This document shows positions 10,601-21,267 of a stretch of 64,000 nucleotides of DNA, piece by piece. The DNA is from a virus. Its lineage: Duplodnaviria > Caudoviricetes. The notes below the pieces were generated by a model. The model was given only the letters and a program-made list of their open reading frames with translations, did no database searches and was not told where the DNA came from. Each line of letters opens with the position of its first letter. Position 1 is the stretch's first letter. The DNA is taken from IMG/VR virus record IMGVR_UViG_3300036982_000125, positions 11,637 through 75,636 of that record; one strand, written 5' to 3'. The position numbers were made by a program, and so were the translations under genes.

Positions 10601-13600
10601 ATAGAGTTTTGTTTCTGAGTAGGAATACGGAATGCTACACCTGTAATAGCTGCAAACTCTTTCTTACCTTCTGGATCATTATTGAAATAATCCATAAGCT
10701 CTTTATCTGTTTTATTAGATTTAAACCATCTACCAATCATTATCTCACATACTCTCTTACCATCTTCATTCTTGTAGAATTCTAGTTCAGTAGATTCATA
10801 TGTAAGTTTAGGAGTTTTATCATTATTAAGTACTTGTTTACCTTTATCATCTAATACAGGTTTTCCTACTGCTCTTACAGATTCTAATAATGCAGAAGAT
10901 ACTTGTACCTTCATACCTCCAGATATTTTAGGACGTACAATAGTTTTATCAGCTATAGAATATAAAATGTTTCTAACTTGTTCGTATACAGGTGTAGCTT
11001 CTAATATAACATCACCTTTTACAAATCCTGCAAAAGCATCTACTATATTATAATTAATTTCTCGTTTACCAATTTCTTCAGTTAGGGTTTTAACTAATTT
11101 ATCTATATCTTCTATTATCCATTCTTTATCTCCTTTTTCATTTGTAGTTTCTTTGATACCAAGTTTTTTATATAAAGATTGTATACCTTCTTCAATTCTA
11201 GCTTCTAATAGTTTTTGATTGTTTACAAGTTCATTATAAATATTCTTTCCTTCATTATAACTTGACTTATCATCAAGAGCTAACCATTCAGCAAATCTAT
11301 CTTCAAATGTAGGAAGCTCTGGCATAAAATCTACAGGCATACCAGATTCTAAATAATCCATTGTAGCAAGTTTTGTAATCTGAGATCCTTGTGTAACAGT
11401 TGGAGTGTCTTTAGAAGGAACCTCTGATTGTACAGCTACAATTGTAAATGGTATTTTACTTACAGCTCTTTTAACATTATCAGGTAAGTTACCTTTCTTT
11501 TCTTTAGCATCTTCAAATGGTGTATTATCAAACTCACCTTTTGCATTATACAAAGGAGATATCTTTTCTGTTCCCACTTTACTTCCAGAAGCAAACACAC
11601 CATAATCTATATTCTCTTTTTGCATCTTGTTATATAACTTGATTGCATTAGAATCAGGATTTAGCTCATAAAGTATTCTAAATGATAATGGAGCAAGTGC
11701 AAATTTGTGAAGAACAATATCATTGTAAGTTCTACCATTATCTTTACTTCCTCTAACAATAGGTTTTACAGGTGTATATGTATCTTTGATTCCTGGATTA
11801 CCTTTTAAGAACTTTTTAATTGTAGATTCATCAGCACCAGATTTAACAAGTTTTTCAAATGCTATATCAAATCTATATTGTTTCTCATTATTAGCAGTCC
11901 ATGTACCAGCTCTTAAGGCAAACACTCTAGCTCCTTTGAGTGTAATTAATCCTCCCCCATCTGTTTCTTCATAAGGAACATCATATCCTAAGTTTTCATT
12001 TGTACTTAATACATCTTGTAAAGCTATGGATCTAAAATGATCTTGAGTCATATCTGTATAACCAATATCACCAGGTTCAAATCCTTTGTTATAAAGTTCA
12101 TTAAGTCTAGCATCTATTGCTTGTGAACTAGGAATTAATGCTTGTCCAGGAGATGTAAAGTTTTTAATACGTTTAAGCTCATCATTATATTGATAAGGAT
12201 CTGAATACAAAATTTTATGCATTTCTATATTAGCTATCATATAGTTAATACTTAATGCTTTTAGTTTTGTATTTAATCCAGCTTGTGTAGCCACTTCTTC
12301 TTTTTTAAATAATGCCACCTTGTCCACACTAACTACATTATCTTCTGTAGTGATGATATCATATGCTCTTAATAGTTGTTCTGTTTCTTCAGTTTCTTTT
12401 TTAATGAATGCTTCCACTGCAGAATTTATAGCTTGTTTATTAGTATTGTATAATTCTTCTGCATTAGTTTCATCATTAATTCTATTTGCAATGTTTTTAT
12501 GCATCTCATCTCCTAGAATAGCTTTAAAGAAACGAAGATCTTTACCATTATTTTTTGCTGTATTTCTATTTTCTTTAACTAGTTCCACTTCAGAAATAAA
12601 ATAGTCTTTGAATATATCTAAATAGTTCTTATTAGATAAATCAGTTTCTGAAACAAATGGATCTTTTTGATTAAACATTCTAATAGCATGTTCCAATGAA
12701 GCATCACCAGGAACAAGGTTCATGAATATACCAGATAGATTAAGATTTATCTCTTGAATAAGTCTTTGTCTATATGTAACTTTAGAAGCTTCTTTCTTCT
12801 TACCAGTTTCTTCATCTACTATACCATCTACAATAACAGGTTTTCCAATATCTTCTGTACCAGCTCTACGTTTTCCTGTACTATCTATTCCAACTATATC
12901 AAACATCTTTTTTAACATTTGACTTCCTTGTACAAATACATCATTACCTGCAGCTAGATAAGCAAATCTTTTATATTTAGGATTGTTTTGTAACTCTTCT
13001 ATATTCTTTAATTTAGATAGAGTGTTATGTAAAGCACTGATAAGATTAGTTCCAATGAATGATTGTGTACGTTCTCCATTAATATTAAAGTATGTAGATT
13101 GGAATTCTGTATTTTCAATAATAGCTTTTACAATAGCTAACTCAAATAAGTTACCATCAATATTTAATGTTTTAGTATTAATAACTTTTATACCACCATC
13201 TTCTTCTACATCATTATTGTTTGCATCTTTAACAATTTTTGTATCCCCCACTTTAGCAAGCTCTTCTCTAATATATCCAACTGATTTTTTAAATGCAGAA
13301 ATTTGATCTTCTTTTAAATCTATTAAGTCTCTTTCATTAAATTGTATTCCAATTGAATTAAGAAAATCAATATATTGCTTTAGACCACTACCATCAAACT
13401 CTAAAGCTTTCAAATTATCTTTAGCATAATATCTACCTGTTGAAGGTACATATCTAAAATACTTAGATTGATCTGCTTTTAATGTAGATATGATATTATT
13501 AATCATTCCTTTTTTAGCTTGTTTAGCTGCACTACTAAGTGTAGAATTACTAACAACTACATCACCATCCTCTTGTAAGAATACAGTGATTACATCAGGG

Positions 13601-16600
13601 TTTTGCATGCTAATAGATTTCCATAATGCTGCAGCTAATTGGAAGTCATGTTCTTGAATAGTATCTATATCCAATCCTACATCAGCTGAATTACCTGTAA
13701 GTCTTCTAAATAAAGCATTATAGTTAGGATTATTTTCTGCCATTGTTTTAAGTCCTAACAACATATCTTCTATATCCATAGAACTATGTAACTTGGCTTT
13801 TAAATCAATATGTATTTGATCTGCAGGGATAAGTGTAACTCCTCCTATAGAAGAAGGTTCCCAGTTTATAGATCCATCAACCATTTGTGTAACAGGAATA
13901 GTACTCAATACAAGTTTTAATGCTGCATTAGCTTTTCTAAATGAATCTATTTTGTTAGCTGCTTCAAATTCTCCTCTACCAGTATTCTCATCATTGTCCA
14001 ATAAGCCTTCATCATTCTCATCAAACTGAACATCAAATGTTTTTAAATGTGCTTTATGATTAGCAGTGATTTCAGCCCATTCATTTTGGATGTTAATAGA
14101 TAAAGCTTTATTATTATTAATTAATCTTGTAGCTTTCTCTAATGTTGTTTTACCATCTACTACTAATTTATCTGTTAACTTATTTTGTTTAGCAAGAAGT
14201 TTTAATATACCAAGTTTTAATTCTGGATATAACTCAGATTCTTTTTGATCATTAACAGTGAACACACTCTCGTTATTAAGAGATAGTTTGGTTAATGTCA
14301 AGAATGTCATATGCTGAATAATATCATGCATCTCAATCTCAGGGATTGTTAATGATCTCATTTCAGAACTACCTGTAGCTTGAGCATCTTCAATATCTAT
14401 AATTCCTTTTGTAGCATAAGATAATCCTTTCTCATAAGGATTAAATTGTGCATAGTATCCATTACCAATATTATTAAATAATTCTTTAGTATTACGTTGA
14501 GCAGTTTCTCCTGTAAAGAAAGCTTTGATAAAATCCATCAATTGAGAAAACAATCTACCTATTAAAGTTTTTGATTCTCTTGGAATTCCTAATTTATCAT
14601 TAAGTACAGCATCTCTAAACTCTTCAGCAAGTTGCTCTTTAATTTGATAAGGAGTAGCTTTACTATATTCTACTGAAGTATTAGTTTCTCTATCTGTGAA
14701 AGATCCTTTTCTTGATCTAAACTCATTAATGATAGCTTGTTTCTGAGCTGGTCCAGCAAACATTTTCCATACAGCTTCAAACACTTCATGGTAAGCTGTT
14801 CCTTCTTCTGCTCCTTCATATACATATATAGCAGCATCGTGGAACATTCCCCATGCTTGTCTACCATTAGTACCTTTGATTATATTCTTAACTCTATAGA
14901 AAGGAATTTTAGGAAGCATTTTAGCCATTGCTTCTTCAACTTTATTCCATTGTTCTGGTTTAAATTGATCAAGCTTATCAATAAGTTGTGCAACTCTCAT
15001 TGCACTTGTATCTACATCATCATCATCTAAATCATCTAAATCAATAAAATCTGCAGGAAGTTCAGTTGTAGGAGTTACTACTTCTTCTACAGGTGCAACT
15101 TCTTTATTAGTAGATGCAGTTTTATTATAATCAATTATACTATTAATTATTTTATCTAGTTTAGGATCGTTCTCATTAAAAACTCCACCTTCACCAAAAC
15201 CATTCTCTGCTGTAAAATAATTTCCTTTAGGTTCTTCTACAATATCAACTTCAGCAAAGTCTTCAAACCCACCAACTGTTTGTTGAGATTGTCTATCTTC
15301 TGCTTGATAGTAAGAGAATTTTACAGTGTCACCTGGTTCATCAATATCACTTGTAATACTTTTTAACTCTCCACTTATCAATCTTGATTTAACATTCTCT
15401 AATGTAGCAGTATTCCAATCAACTCCTTCTTGTGCAGTTGATGGTATAACTTCTTCAGGAGCAACTACTATCTCTTGTTCTTCAACTACTTGAGGTTCAT
15501 CAGCTATTGCTGGTTGAACAGGAATCATTTCTGCTACTACTTGTGGAGCTACAGCTTCAAATATTTTATTTAAAGCAATTCCTTCTGCTCTATTCTCACC
15601 TGCTGCTGTTACAAGAGCTGAAATACCATTAGTATTATCTGCTGTATCAATATATGTTACTACTTTATTATCTTTAAGAATATTTAAAAACTCTTTAGTT
15701 AATCCACCATCTTCATATAGACTAGTGAAATCTGTAAGTCCTTTTAAATAATCTGATATTTTACTAATATCAAATGTAAAGTTTATATTATAGATTGGAG
15801 TAATACCACCAGTACCATTTGGCTTTCCACCTATAGTAATACTATTTTCTGTTGTTCCATTTAAATTATATTTACCAGGAGATGTAGGTTGTTGTTGTGG
15901 AGTTACTGGTGTAGCTACAGGAGCTTGTGCAGTGGCAACAGGTGCTGGTGCAACCATTGCAGGAGCTGCTACAGGTGCTGCAGGTACAGTGTATTCCACT
16001 GAACTATTCAATGTAAAATATATTCCTTTTCTATTTGTATCTTCTGCAGATTTCAAAGGTCTTACTTGTGTTGTAAGAGGAATTTCTTTTCCAGTTCTTT
16101 TACCTATAACATTTCCATCTTTATCTACAATGTTTGCTGATAATAAATATGTTTGATAATTAGGCCATGTTCTTGTAACAGGGTTACCTAAGTTATCAAA
16201 TCTTAATATCTCATCATAAGGAGCATTATATGTATCTATATTTACTTTTTTAGCATCTGTATTAGCATACATCTGTCCTAGCAATCCAAGAATATCTTGT
16301 TTACTATTAATTAAACCTTGAGGAGTAAAATCAAAATATTTTGTAGATTCTTTTTGAAGACCAGACATAAACAACTTCTTAACTTGTTTACCTTCTACTA
16401 ATACATTATCAAACCAGATGTTATTATATCCAGCAGGTTTTCTTGAACCATCAGGGTATTTAGCAATTCCCCAATATACAACACTCTTTAACCAGTTTAA
16501 AATATTTTTATTTACTTCTTCTTTTTCATTACCATATAAAGAACCTTTCTCAGAAGCATTTTTAGATAAGTTTAATATTGCATCAAAAATTGTTTCTGAT

Positions 16601-19600
16601 TCATCTTTACTAAACTTCTTATTAAATAATCTAACAAGTCCCTGTCCTGGTACACGTAAGAACACTCTACCCTTAGGAGATTTAAATGATACTCTTCCCT
16701 CAGACTTATCATCATTAGTTGTAGCAACAGTGATGACAGCATCTCTATTAAGAATACCTTTATCTAATAATCCAGCATCTTGTGCAGAAGTTCTTGCAGA
16801 TGTATCTACAGATGTTGTACCATCTGCATTTTTATATTTAACAAACTCTAGATTACCAAAAGATGTTTTAAACTTCTGACCTTTCTTATTTAATGTTTTA
16901 TTAGCTAATTGTGTTTCTCTCCATGCTTTATATTGTTCTTTTAAAGAAGCTATTACATAATCAGGAGTACCATCTCTAAACATTGATCCTGTTTCAACAT
17001 CTCCTTTTGTATAGTTTAATCCAGCAGAAGGGAACACTTGGAATATAGCATTGTTATAAAGTCTTTTGTTATAATCTTCTTGTGTTTCATCTGCAGATTT
17101 TCCAGGAATAAGTTTTCCATTCTTATCTACTAATTGTCCATTCTCTGTTACAACTAAGAATATAACTTCTTTGCTAAGTTCTTCTTTTCTTTTTGCATCT
17201 TTTACATCTTCAGAAAGAAATGCTTCTGTTAACCCAATAAGTATTTGATCTTCTGTATTAGCTGTTACAATAACACCTCTTAGATCATCTGCATTATCCA
17301 TATCAGACACTCTTGCTCCAAAGTAATTAGCTCTTGCAGCATATCCTGGAAGAGGTCTTTCATCAGTATCTCCTGTAAATGGTTTAGTACTTCCTACAAC
17401 AGCAAGTTTATCTTTCTTAGCTTCTTGTTCATATGGTCTTGTACCAAAGAAGTTTTGTACACTTCCTGTTAATGTACCAAGAAGTTCTTGCCCTAATTTT
17501 ACATTACGTTCCATTTGCTTAGCTTCTGCTTCTTGCTTTTTATATTGTTCAGCAATAGCAGAAAACTTATTTAATATAAGATACTTGGCTTCAATTTCTT
17601 TAGTTAGATCTTTGAACTCTTCTTGCATAATATCAAGATGATCTTTTAAATCTGCTATACGTTTCTCACTAGGAGTTATATCCCCATCTTCATGATAGGC
17701 TATTAAATCATTTAAATCTTCAAGCTCACTTTTATAATTAGGTTTTAGCTTTAAGAAATTTGGATTATCTTTTAAGAAGTCAACCCAGTCTTGTCCCATT
17801 AATCTAGGAACATCAGGATACTTACTTTCAAATTTTTGAATAAAATCTGTAAGCATATTAACAATAAAATCAAAAGCTTTCTGTGCCTGATTAAGTAATT
17901 TAGAAACAACAGTAATTTGTTTAGCTGTTTGTTCTCTTAACACTTCTAAATTAATGATCTCATCTTCTAGTTCATTTTTAAAATCATAAAAATTAGTAGC
18001 AGTGCTATCTATATTATCAACAAGATCAGAAACATAAGATATATTAAAATCTATATCTTCTAGATCAGATTCAAGAACTTCAATTTCATTCTCTAATTGT
18101 TCTTGCATTCTAGATAACCTCATAGCATTCTCTAATGCTTTTTTAGTTATAGTATTAAATTTTATTCCTTTCTTAAATCTATTATCAACTTTAGCATTTT
18201 CTTCAATTTGAGTTGTTAGCTCATTAAGTTCTTTGATAATGTTCTCAAGAGCTTTTTGTTTTTGTTCAATTAATTTCTTAGACTTATCTTGTGAATTAGA
18301 TAAATCATCAAAAAGTTCATTCAATATTTTAAGACGTGCTTCACGTTTAGCTTCTAAACGTGAGTCCACTTCATTAGTAAACTCATCTTTTGCTTTTTGT
18401 TGAACTGCAGTTAATATTCCAACTTCTGTAATCATAGGCTCTGTAAAGCCTTTCTTTTTACTTGCTTCAGTTAATTTAAATTGATCTCCTGTCACTTCAA
18501 TTTCTTTACGCTCTCCTTTTTTATTATTATAAATAAAAAGCATTTGATCATTCTCAGGATCATATTCAATTCTACCTTTTTGTTTTCCTCCTTTATCTTT
18601 ACCAAAGTTAAACTCATAGACAGTGTTCCAATGTTCCATATAGAACTTGGCTTTCTTATTCTTTAATGTTGAGTCAACCTTCCCAAGATTGTATTTCTCT
18701 AATGTAGATTCTTTAATATCATACACCTTACCATCTGAGTCTTGCACCTTAATAGTGCCATCTTCATTTTTACCTAATATAACAATTCTAGGAGCACGAT
18801 ATACATCCTTACCCTCTTTACTTTTACCTACTACCTTTCCTAAGAAGTATTCAGTACCTATCTCAATATCTCTCTCACCTTTTTTAGTTTTGATAGTGAT
18901 AGTTTCTTTAGGTCCTTCTGTAGTTCCTTCAAACTCTCTTCTCTCCTCAGTGTAAGTTTCTGGATTAGCAATAATATCATTATAGTTTTTAAGATATTCT
19001 TTTCTTCTCAATGCTAGTTCTACAGTGTCTTTTAAATTTTGTTTAACCTCTGCTGTATTTATTTCAGGGTTTATATCAAGCTCAGCTAGTTTATCAGCAA
19101 GTGCTGTAGATTCTGGATTAGTTAATTCTTCATTAACAATAGATTGTACATCAATACCTTGACCAATAGGAAGAGCTGATACTTGAGGAATTCTTACATC
19201 ATAGTTAGCCACTTTACTAGCAGCATAAATCATTTGTTCTATAGATGAATCAGAATATTTTCTTATCTGTTCTCCTTTAGCATTCAATACAGGAATACCA
19301 TCTTTATCTTTTAATATTTCACCACTATAGATTAGATTAGTAGACTTATATATTTGTTCTGTGTTCTTAGCTGTAGTTTCAAAGTTTGTAAGTCTAGCAT
19401 TGAATGTAGCAGCTGTATCATTCTCATTAGCAAGTCCTAATTGTTTAAGAGATGCAAGTCCTTCAGGTTTCATAGAAGTTTCTCTCATCTCAGAGATATC
19501 ATCCATAACCATATCCATTCTACCGTATTTAATACGTGGAGATAAATAGTTATGCATCATATCAGAATTAATATCTTTTGCTTCTAATTCATCACCTTGT

Positions 19601-21261
19601 AAAATTGCAGCTTCTTGTTCTTCTTGAAGTGCTACACCTCTATTAACAGCATCTAATTTATATTGGAATGCTTCTTTATATGTAGGTGCATTATTAAGTT
19701 GTTCTAAAAATTTAGCAGTGTTTGTCTTAGTTGCTTTACCCATTAAGTAGTTACCCTTAATTTGCATAGCTGCTCCAGTAAGACCACCAATAAGACCTCC
19801 TTCAAGTCCTTCTTTTGAATTTAATGCTCCTACTGCTTTACCAGATTCATCTTCACCATATAGTCCATAAAGTACACCATCGACTAATAGATCAGCATTT
19901 TTTCCTTGGTATGCTTTATTATAATAGTTTTGTGTTCCTACTTGTACAGCATACTGACCTATCTCCTGACCCATCTCTTTAGGATCAAATATATATTTAC
20001 CTACGCCTTTTGCTTTATTATATAGTTTACCAAATTTTGTTGTAGCTTCTTTAGCAACATATTGACCATTTTTTAATACAACATTATCTGCTGCACCAGC
20101 TAAACTATTAGCAACTTGTCTTTCAGCAGCATATGAACTTCCCATTAATTTAGGAAGTTGTACATATTCTGTAGCAGTTAGTAATGCCATGTTAGCAAGG
20201 AATGAAGTTTTACCTAACTTCTCTGTCTGAGCATCTATCTTTTTTAACTCTTCAGCATTTGGTGCTACACCAAAGTTACCTCTTTTATATTGATCAATTA
20301 ATTGATTTCTAAATTCATTAGATGTTTGTAATCCTTCAAATGCAGATTCACCACCTTGAGAATATGTAGCTATACCTATTCGTTTACCTACATCATTTAT
20401 CTTTGCAAACTGATTTGTTTGTTTTGCAATTTGTGCCATCTTAGATGTTCTTTCTGCAACATCAGCTATAGAAGTTATTTCTCCTTTTAATAAAGCAGCA
20501 GCTTCAGCATTCTTACCAACAGAGAAAGCTCTTGCTGTATTTTTTAATAATGGAGCAAATGCTTTAAATGATTGTGATGCTTCCATAGCTAATGCTCTAG
20601 ATGCAGCAGCTTCACCAATAGCAGTACCTGCTATACCAAGTGCTTTACTAGCTATGTTACCAGATATAACAGCACCTACAGCAAATCCACTATTCTTGAT
20701 CACTTTATCAAATAAGAAGTTTGCTGTCATCCAGTTATCTCTAGAATACCAATCAGCATTCTTTTCAGTATCTGTATAATAGTTAGGTAGATATTCTTGA
20801 TCTACCTTTTCATTCCATTTATCTATTCCTTGCATTACAGGATTATCCCATATATCTGCAAGTCTTCCTGTAAATATAGCTGACACAGCTCCACCCACTG
20901 TAGCAAATCCTCCAACAACTGTTGTTGCTGCAAGATTAGTTCCTTTCAATATACCATTAGTACCTTTAGCTAACCATGATTGCTGTGCTCCCCAAGCATC
21001 TTCATTGTTAGCTCCATACACAACTGTATCATATCTACCTGTCAAATCTCCTGCAACATCAGATAAATAAGTTTTACCTGGCTTTACATCATTAGGATTT
21101 ATTTGACCATTCATCATATTAATTCTATCATCTTGTGATAGAGCTTTTCCTGATCTTAACCCAGGAAATCCTGTAGTTAAAGGAGTGGTATCTATAGAAC
21201 CAACATTAGGTGTGATTGGACCTCTTACATAAGGTTGTCCTGCTTTATTAGGCTGTAGCAT
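7684..21261 (-). CDS. Virion-packaged two-barrel RNA polymerase polyprotein (phi14:2 gp66/crAss type)
   Basis: 4525 aa. Catalytic AGSDFDIDKL at 10498-10512 (DFDID) preceded by FRIPTQKQNS; zincin-like YHEVFE...EQLAEEF at ~14640-14790; Gly/Ala-rich hydrophobic N-terminus; Pro/Ala and acidic linkers. Confidence 0.9.
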   Translation of the reverse strand: MLQPNKAGQPYVRGPITPNVGSIDTTPLTTGFPGLRSGKALSQDDRINMMNGQINPNDVKPGKTYLSDVAGDLTGRYDTVVYGANNEDAWGAQQSWLAKGTNGILKGTNLAATTVVGGFATVGGAVSAIFTGRLADIWDNPVMQGIDKWNEKVDQEYLPNYYTDTEKNADWYSRDNWMTANFLFDKVIKNSGFAVGAVISGNIASKALGIAGTAIGEAAASRALAMEASQSFKAFAPLLKNTARAFSVGKNAEAAALLKGEITSIADVAERTSKMAQIAKQTNQFAKINDVGKRIGIATYSQGGESAFEGLQTSNEFRNQLIDQYKRGNFGVAPNAEELKKIDAQTEKLGKTSFLANMALLTATEYVQLPKLMGSSYAAERQVANSLAGAADNVVLKNGQYVAKEATTKFGKLYNKAKGVGKYIFDPKEMGQEIGQYAVQVGTQNYYNKAYQGKNADLLVDGVLYGLYGEDESGKAVGALNSKEGLEGGLIGGLTGAAMQIKGNYLMGKATKTNTAKFLEQLNNAPTYKEAFQYKLDAVNRGVALQEEQEAAILQGDELEAKDINSDMMHNYLSPRIKYGRMDMVMDDISEMRETSMKPEGLASLKQLGLANENDTAATFNARLTNFETTAKNTEQIYKSTNLIYSGEILKDKDGIPVLNAKGEQIRKYSDSSIEQMIYAASKVANYDVRIPQVSALPIGQGIDVQSIVNEELTNPESTALADKLAELDINPEINTAEVKQNLKDTVELALRRKEYLKNYNDIIANPETYTEERREFEGTTEGPKETITIKTKKGERDIEIGTEYFLGKVVGKSKEGKDVYRAPRIVILGKNEDGTIKVQDSDGKVYDIKESTLEKYNLGKVDSTLKNKKAKFYMEHWNTVYEFNFGKDKGGKQKGRIEYDPENDQMLFIYNNKKGERKEIEVTGDQFKLTEASKKKGFTEPMITEVGILTAVQQKAKDEFTNEVDSRLEAKREARLKILNELFDDLSNSQDKSKKLIEQKQKALENIIKELNELTTQIEENAKVDNRFKKGIKFNTITKKALENAMRLSRMQEQLENEIEVLESDLEDIDFNISYVSDLVDNIDSTATNFYDFKNELEDEIINLEVLREQTAKQITVVSKLLNQAQKAFDFIVNMLTDFIQKFESKYPDVPRLMGQDWVDFLKDNPNFLKLKPNYKSELEDLNDLIAYHEDGDITPSEKRIADLKDHLDIMQEEFKDLTKEIEAKYLILNKFSAIAEQYKKQEAEAKQMERNVKLGQELLGTLTGSVQNFFGTRPYEQEAKKDKLAVVGSTKPFTGDTDERPLPGYAARANYFGARVSDMDNADDLRGVIVTANTEDQILIGLTEAFLSEDVKDAKRKEELSKEVIFLVVTENGQLVDKNGKLIPGKSADETQEDYNKRLYNNAIFQVFPSAGLNYTKGDVETGSMFRDGTPDYVIASLKEQYKAWRETQLANKTLNKKGQKFKTSFGNLEFVKYKNADGTTSVDTSARTSAQDAGLLDKGILNRDAVITVATTNDDKSEGRVSFKSPKGRVFLRVPGQGLVRLFNKKFSKDESETIFDAILNLSKNASEKGSLYGNEKEEVNKNILNWLKSVVYWGIAKYPDGSRKPAGYNNIWFDNVLVEGKQVKKLFMSGLQKESTKYFDFTPQGLINSKQDILGLLGQMYANTDAKKVNIDTYNAPYDEILRFDNLGNPVTRTWPNYQTYLLSANIVDKDGNVIGKRTGKEIPLTTQVRPLKSAEDTNRKGIYFTLNSSVEYTVPAAPVAAPAMVAPAPVATAQAPVATPVTPQQQPTSPGKYNLNGTTENSITIGGKPNGTGGITPIYNINFTFDISKISDYLKGLTDFTSLYEDGGLTKEFLNILKDNKVVTYIDTADNTNGISALVTAAGENRAEGIALNKIFEAVAPQVVAEMIPVQPAIADEPQVVEEQEIVVAPEEVIPSTAQEGVDWNTATLENVKSRLISGELKSITSDIDEPGDTVKFSYYQAEDRQSQQTVGGFEDFAEVDIVEEPKGNYFTAENGFGEGGVFNENDPKLDKIINSIIDYNKTASTNKEVAPVEEVVTPTTELPADFIDLDDLDDDDVDTSAMRVAQLIDKLDQFKPEQWNKVEEAMAKMLPKIPFYRVKNIIKGTNGRQAWGMFHDAAIYVYEGAEEGTAYHEVFEAVWKMFAGPAQKQAIINEFRSRKGSFTDRETNTSVEYSKATPYQIKEQLAEEFRDAVLNDKLGIPRESKTLIGRLFSQLMDFIKAFFTGETAQRNTKELFNNIGNGYYAQFNPYEKGLSYATKGIIDIEDAQATGSSEMRSLTIPEIEMHDIIQHMTFLTLTKLSLNNESVFTVNDQKESELYPELKLGILKLLAKQNKLTDKLVVDGKTTLEKATRLINNNKALSINIQNEWAEITANHKAHLKTFDVQFDENDEGLLDNDENTGRGEFEAANKIDSFRKANAALKLVLSTIPVTQMVDGSINWEPSSIGGVTLIPADQIHIDLKAKLHSSMDIEDMLLGLKTMAENNPNYNALFRRLTGNSADVGLDIDTIQEHDFQLAAALWKSISMQNPDVITVFLQEDGDVVVSNSTLSSAAKQAKKGMINNIISTLKADQSKYFRYVPSTGRYYAKDNLKALEFDGSGLKQYIDFLNSIGIQFNERDLIDLKEDQISAFKKSVGYIREELAKVGDTKIVKDANNNDVEEDGGIKVINTKTLNIDGNLFELAIVKAIIENTEFQSTYFNINGERTQSFIGTNLISALHNTLSKLKNIEELQNNPKYKRFAYLAAGNDVFVQGSQMLKKMFDIVGIDSTGKRRAGTEDIGKPVIVDGIVDEETGKKKEASKVTYRQRLIQEINLNLSGIFMNLVPGDASLEHAIRMFNQKDPFVSETDLSNKNYLDIFKDYFISEVELVKENRNTAKNNGKDLRFFKAILGDEMHKNIANRINDETNAEELYNTNKQAINSAVEAFIKKETEETEQLLRAYDIITTEDNVVSVDKVALFKKEEVATQAGLNTKLKALSINYMIANIEMHKILYSDPYQYNDELKRIKNFTSPGQALIPSSQAIDARLNELYNKGFEPGDIGYTDMTQDHFRSIALQDVLSTNENLGYDVPYEETDGGGLITLKGARVFALRAGTWTANNEKQYRFDIAFEKLVKSGADESTIKKFLKGNPGIKDTYTPVKPIVRGSKDNGRTYNDIVLHKFALAPLSFRILYELNPDSNAIKLYNKMQKENIDYGVFASGSKVGTEKISPLYNAKGEFDNTPFEDAKEKKGNLPDNVKRAVSKIPFTIVAVQSEVPSKDTPTVTQGSQITKLATMDYLESGMPVDFMPELPTFEDRFAEWLALDDKSSYNEGKNIYNELVNNQKLLEARIEEGIQSLYKKLGIKETTNEKGDKEWIIEDIDKLVKTLTEEIGKREINYNIVDAFAGFVKGDVILEATPVYEQVRNILYSIADKTIVRPKISGGMKVQVSSALLESVRAVGKPVLDDKGKQVLNNDKTPKLTYESTELEFYKNEDGKRVCEIMIGRWFKSNKTDKELMDYFNNDPEGKKEFAAITGVAFRIPTQKQNSIDVFRIKQFLPKDFGDSVIIPSALVKKAGSDFDIDKLSIYLKSLYEDTKGNLRVVPFYGYGQQAKDKFAAIYEKDIKEQIEKLTKSEGFRENIFDLAGALDNDNILTDNQQKFYDANSGIINMIKEQAEDKESSLSDYMLNQIVKAGDKEKKLNERLFSESLKEEYVDSMYKKSLENAYIQSLENLIANPLNYDNLVKPNDATPLKNLSIDIQREMGYEKADFGNVGNMLSRTFMSSLRQSFVGGKAALGIAAQGQTGHAQRQRSVTYIDVDRLEGDLIDEQDKIILGYNSDSSIFAKDTDINFQEYNSAIVNGKRRPMLSWIKNKAGEYISDINGMFIDGYVDISKGDWIIKLGATTNVASTWLFLIDLGVPIDTVAYFMNQPIIKDYLRGIENKGYSWLYIDDMIEDKLDAYSPSVEFTKQGTSIKGIPSETDLYKMLKYNNAAPKSSMSDLQKLQQQYMLKEFLKYSKMASHMFKVSQASNYDTANINDPYLVFKKMIQLINSRKTIISSVDDIISGSFVKELKDKIFDYRDAFSEILMSDRGNVRQVLQNVLEQYTDMNDRDFVKLSQKTVNDLFDWAVQTNSNVNTKIATVLLGSETEKSAAEQIIDYRDSILGNPVKGIAPKPEHKLFNNIILNSLSIDQNDKQGGKKNAPINLILDNRDNKVFDQNLTIYGFNELRETLREEDNLKLYGKLTRLALLQSGLTNSPIAFTNLLPYNDFKGLYNETLSILEKLPNLAQFQELDVFQRTNWNNSDVATYKRETIKKMPKKKGDGFYMFKPDTKLVDSLTTAVNNKTVPKLIGLSPMSEAGRNDFVVFTYEDVISSQQRILRRKNGDTQHQHKVLMKKVYTRDANDKIIPLTQVTESNGRVYTKYIYKAINAWGDSFRAQEFYTTNQQSVLDNGFDKVNEVEDDVIVDIYKGNAPEVKSEGVTLKDGNTYTADQLNTKMLISLGYNLIDAGEIIKNNKC

Positions 21262-21267
21262 ACTTTT

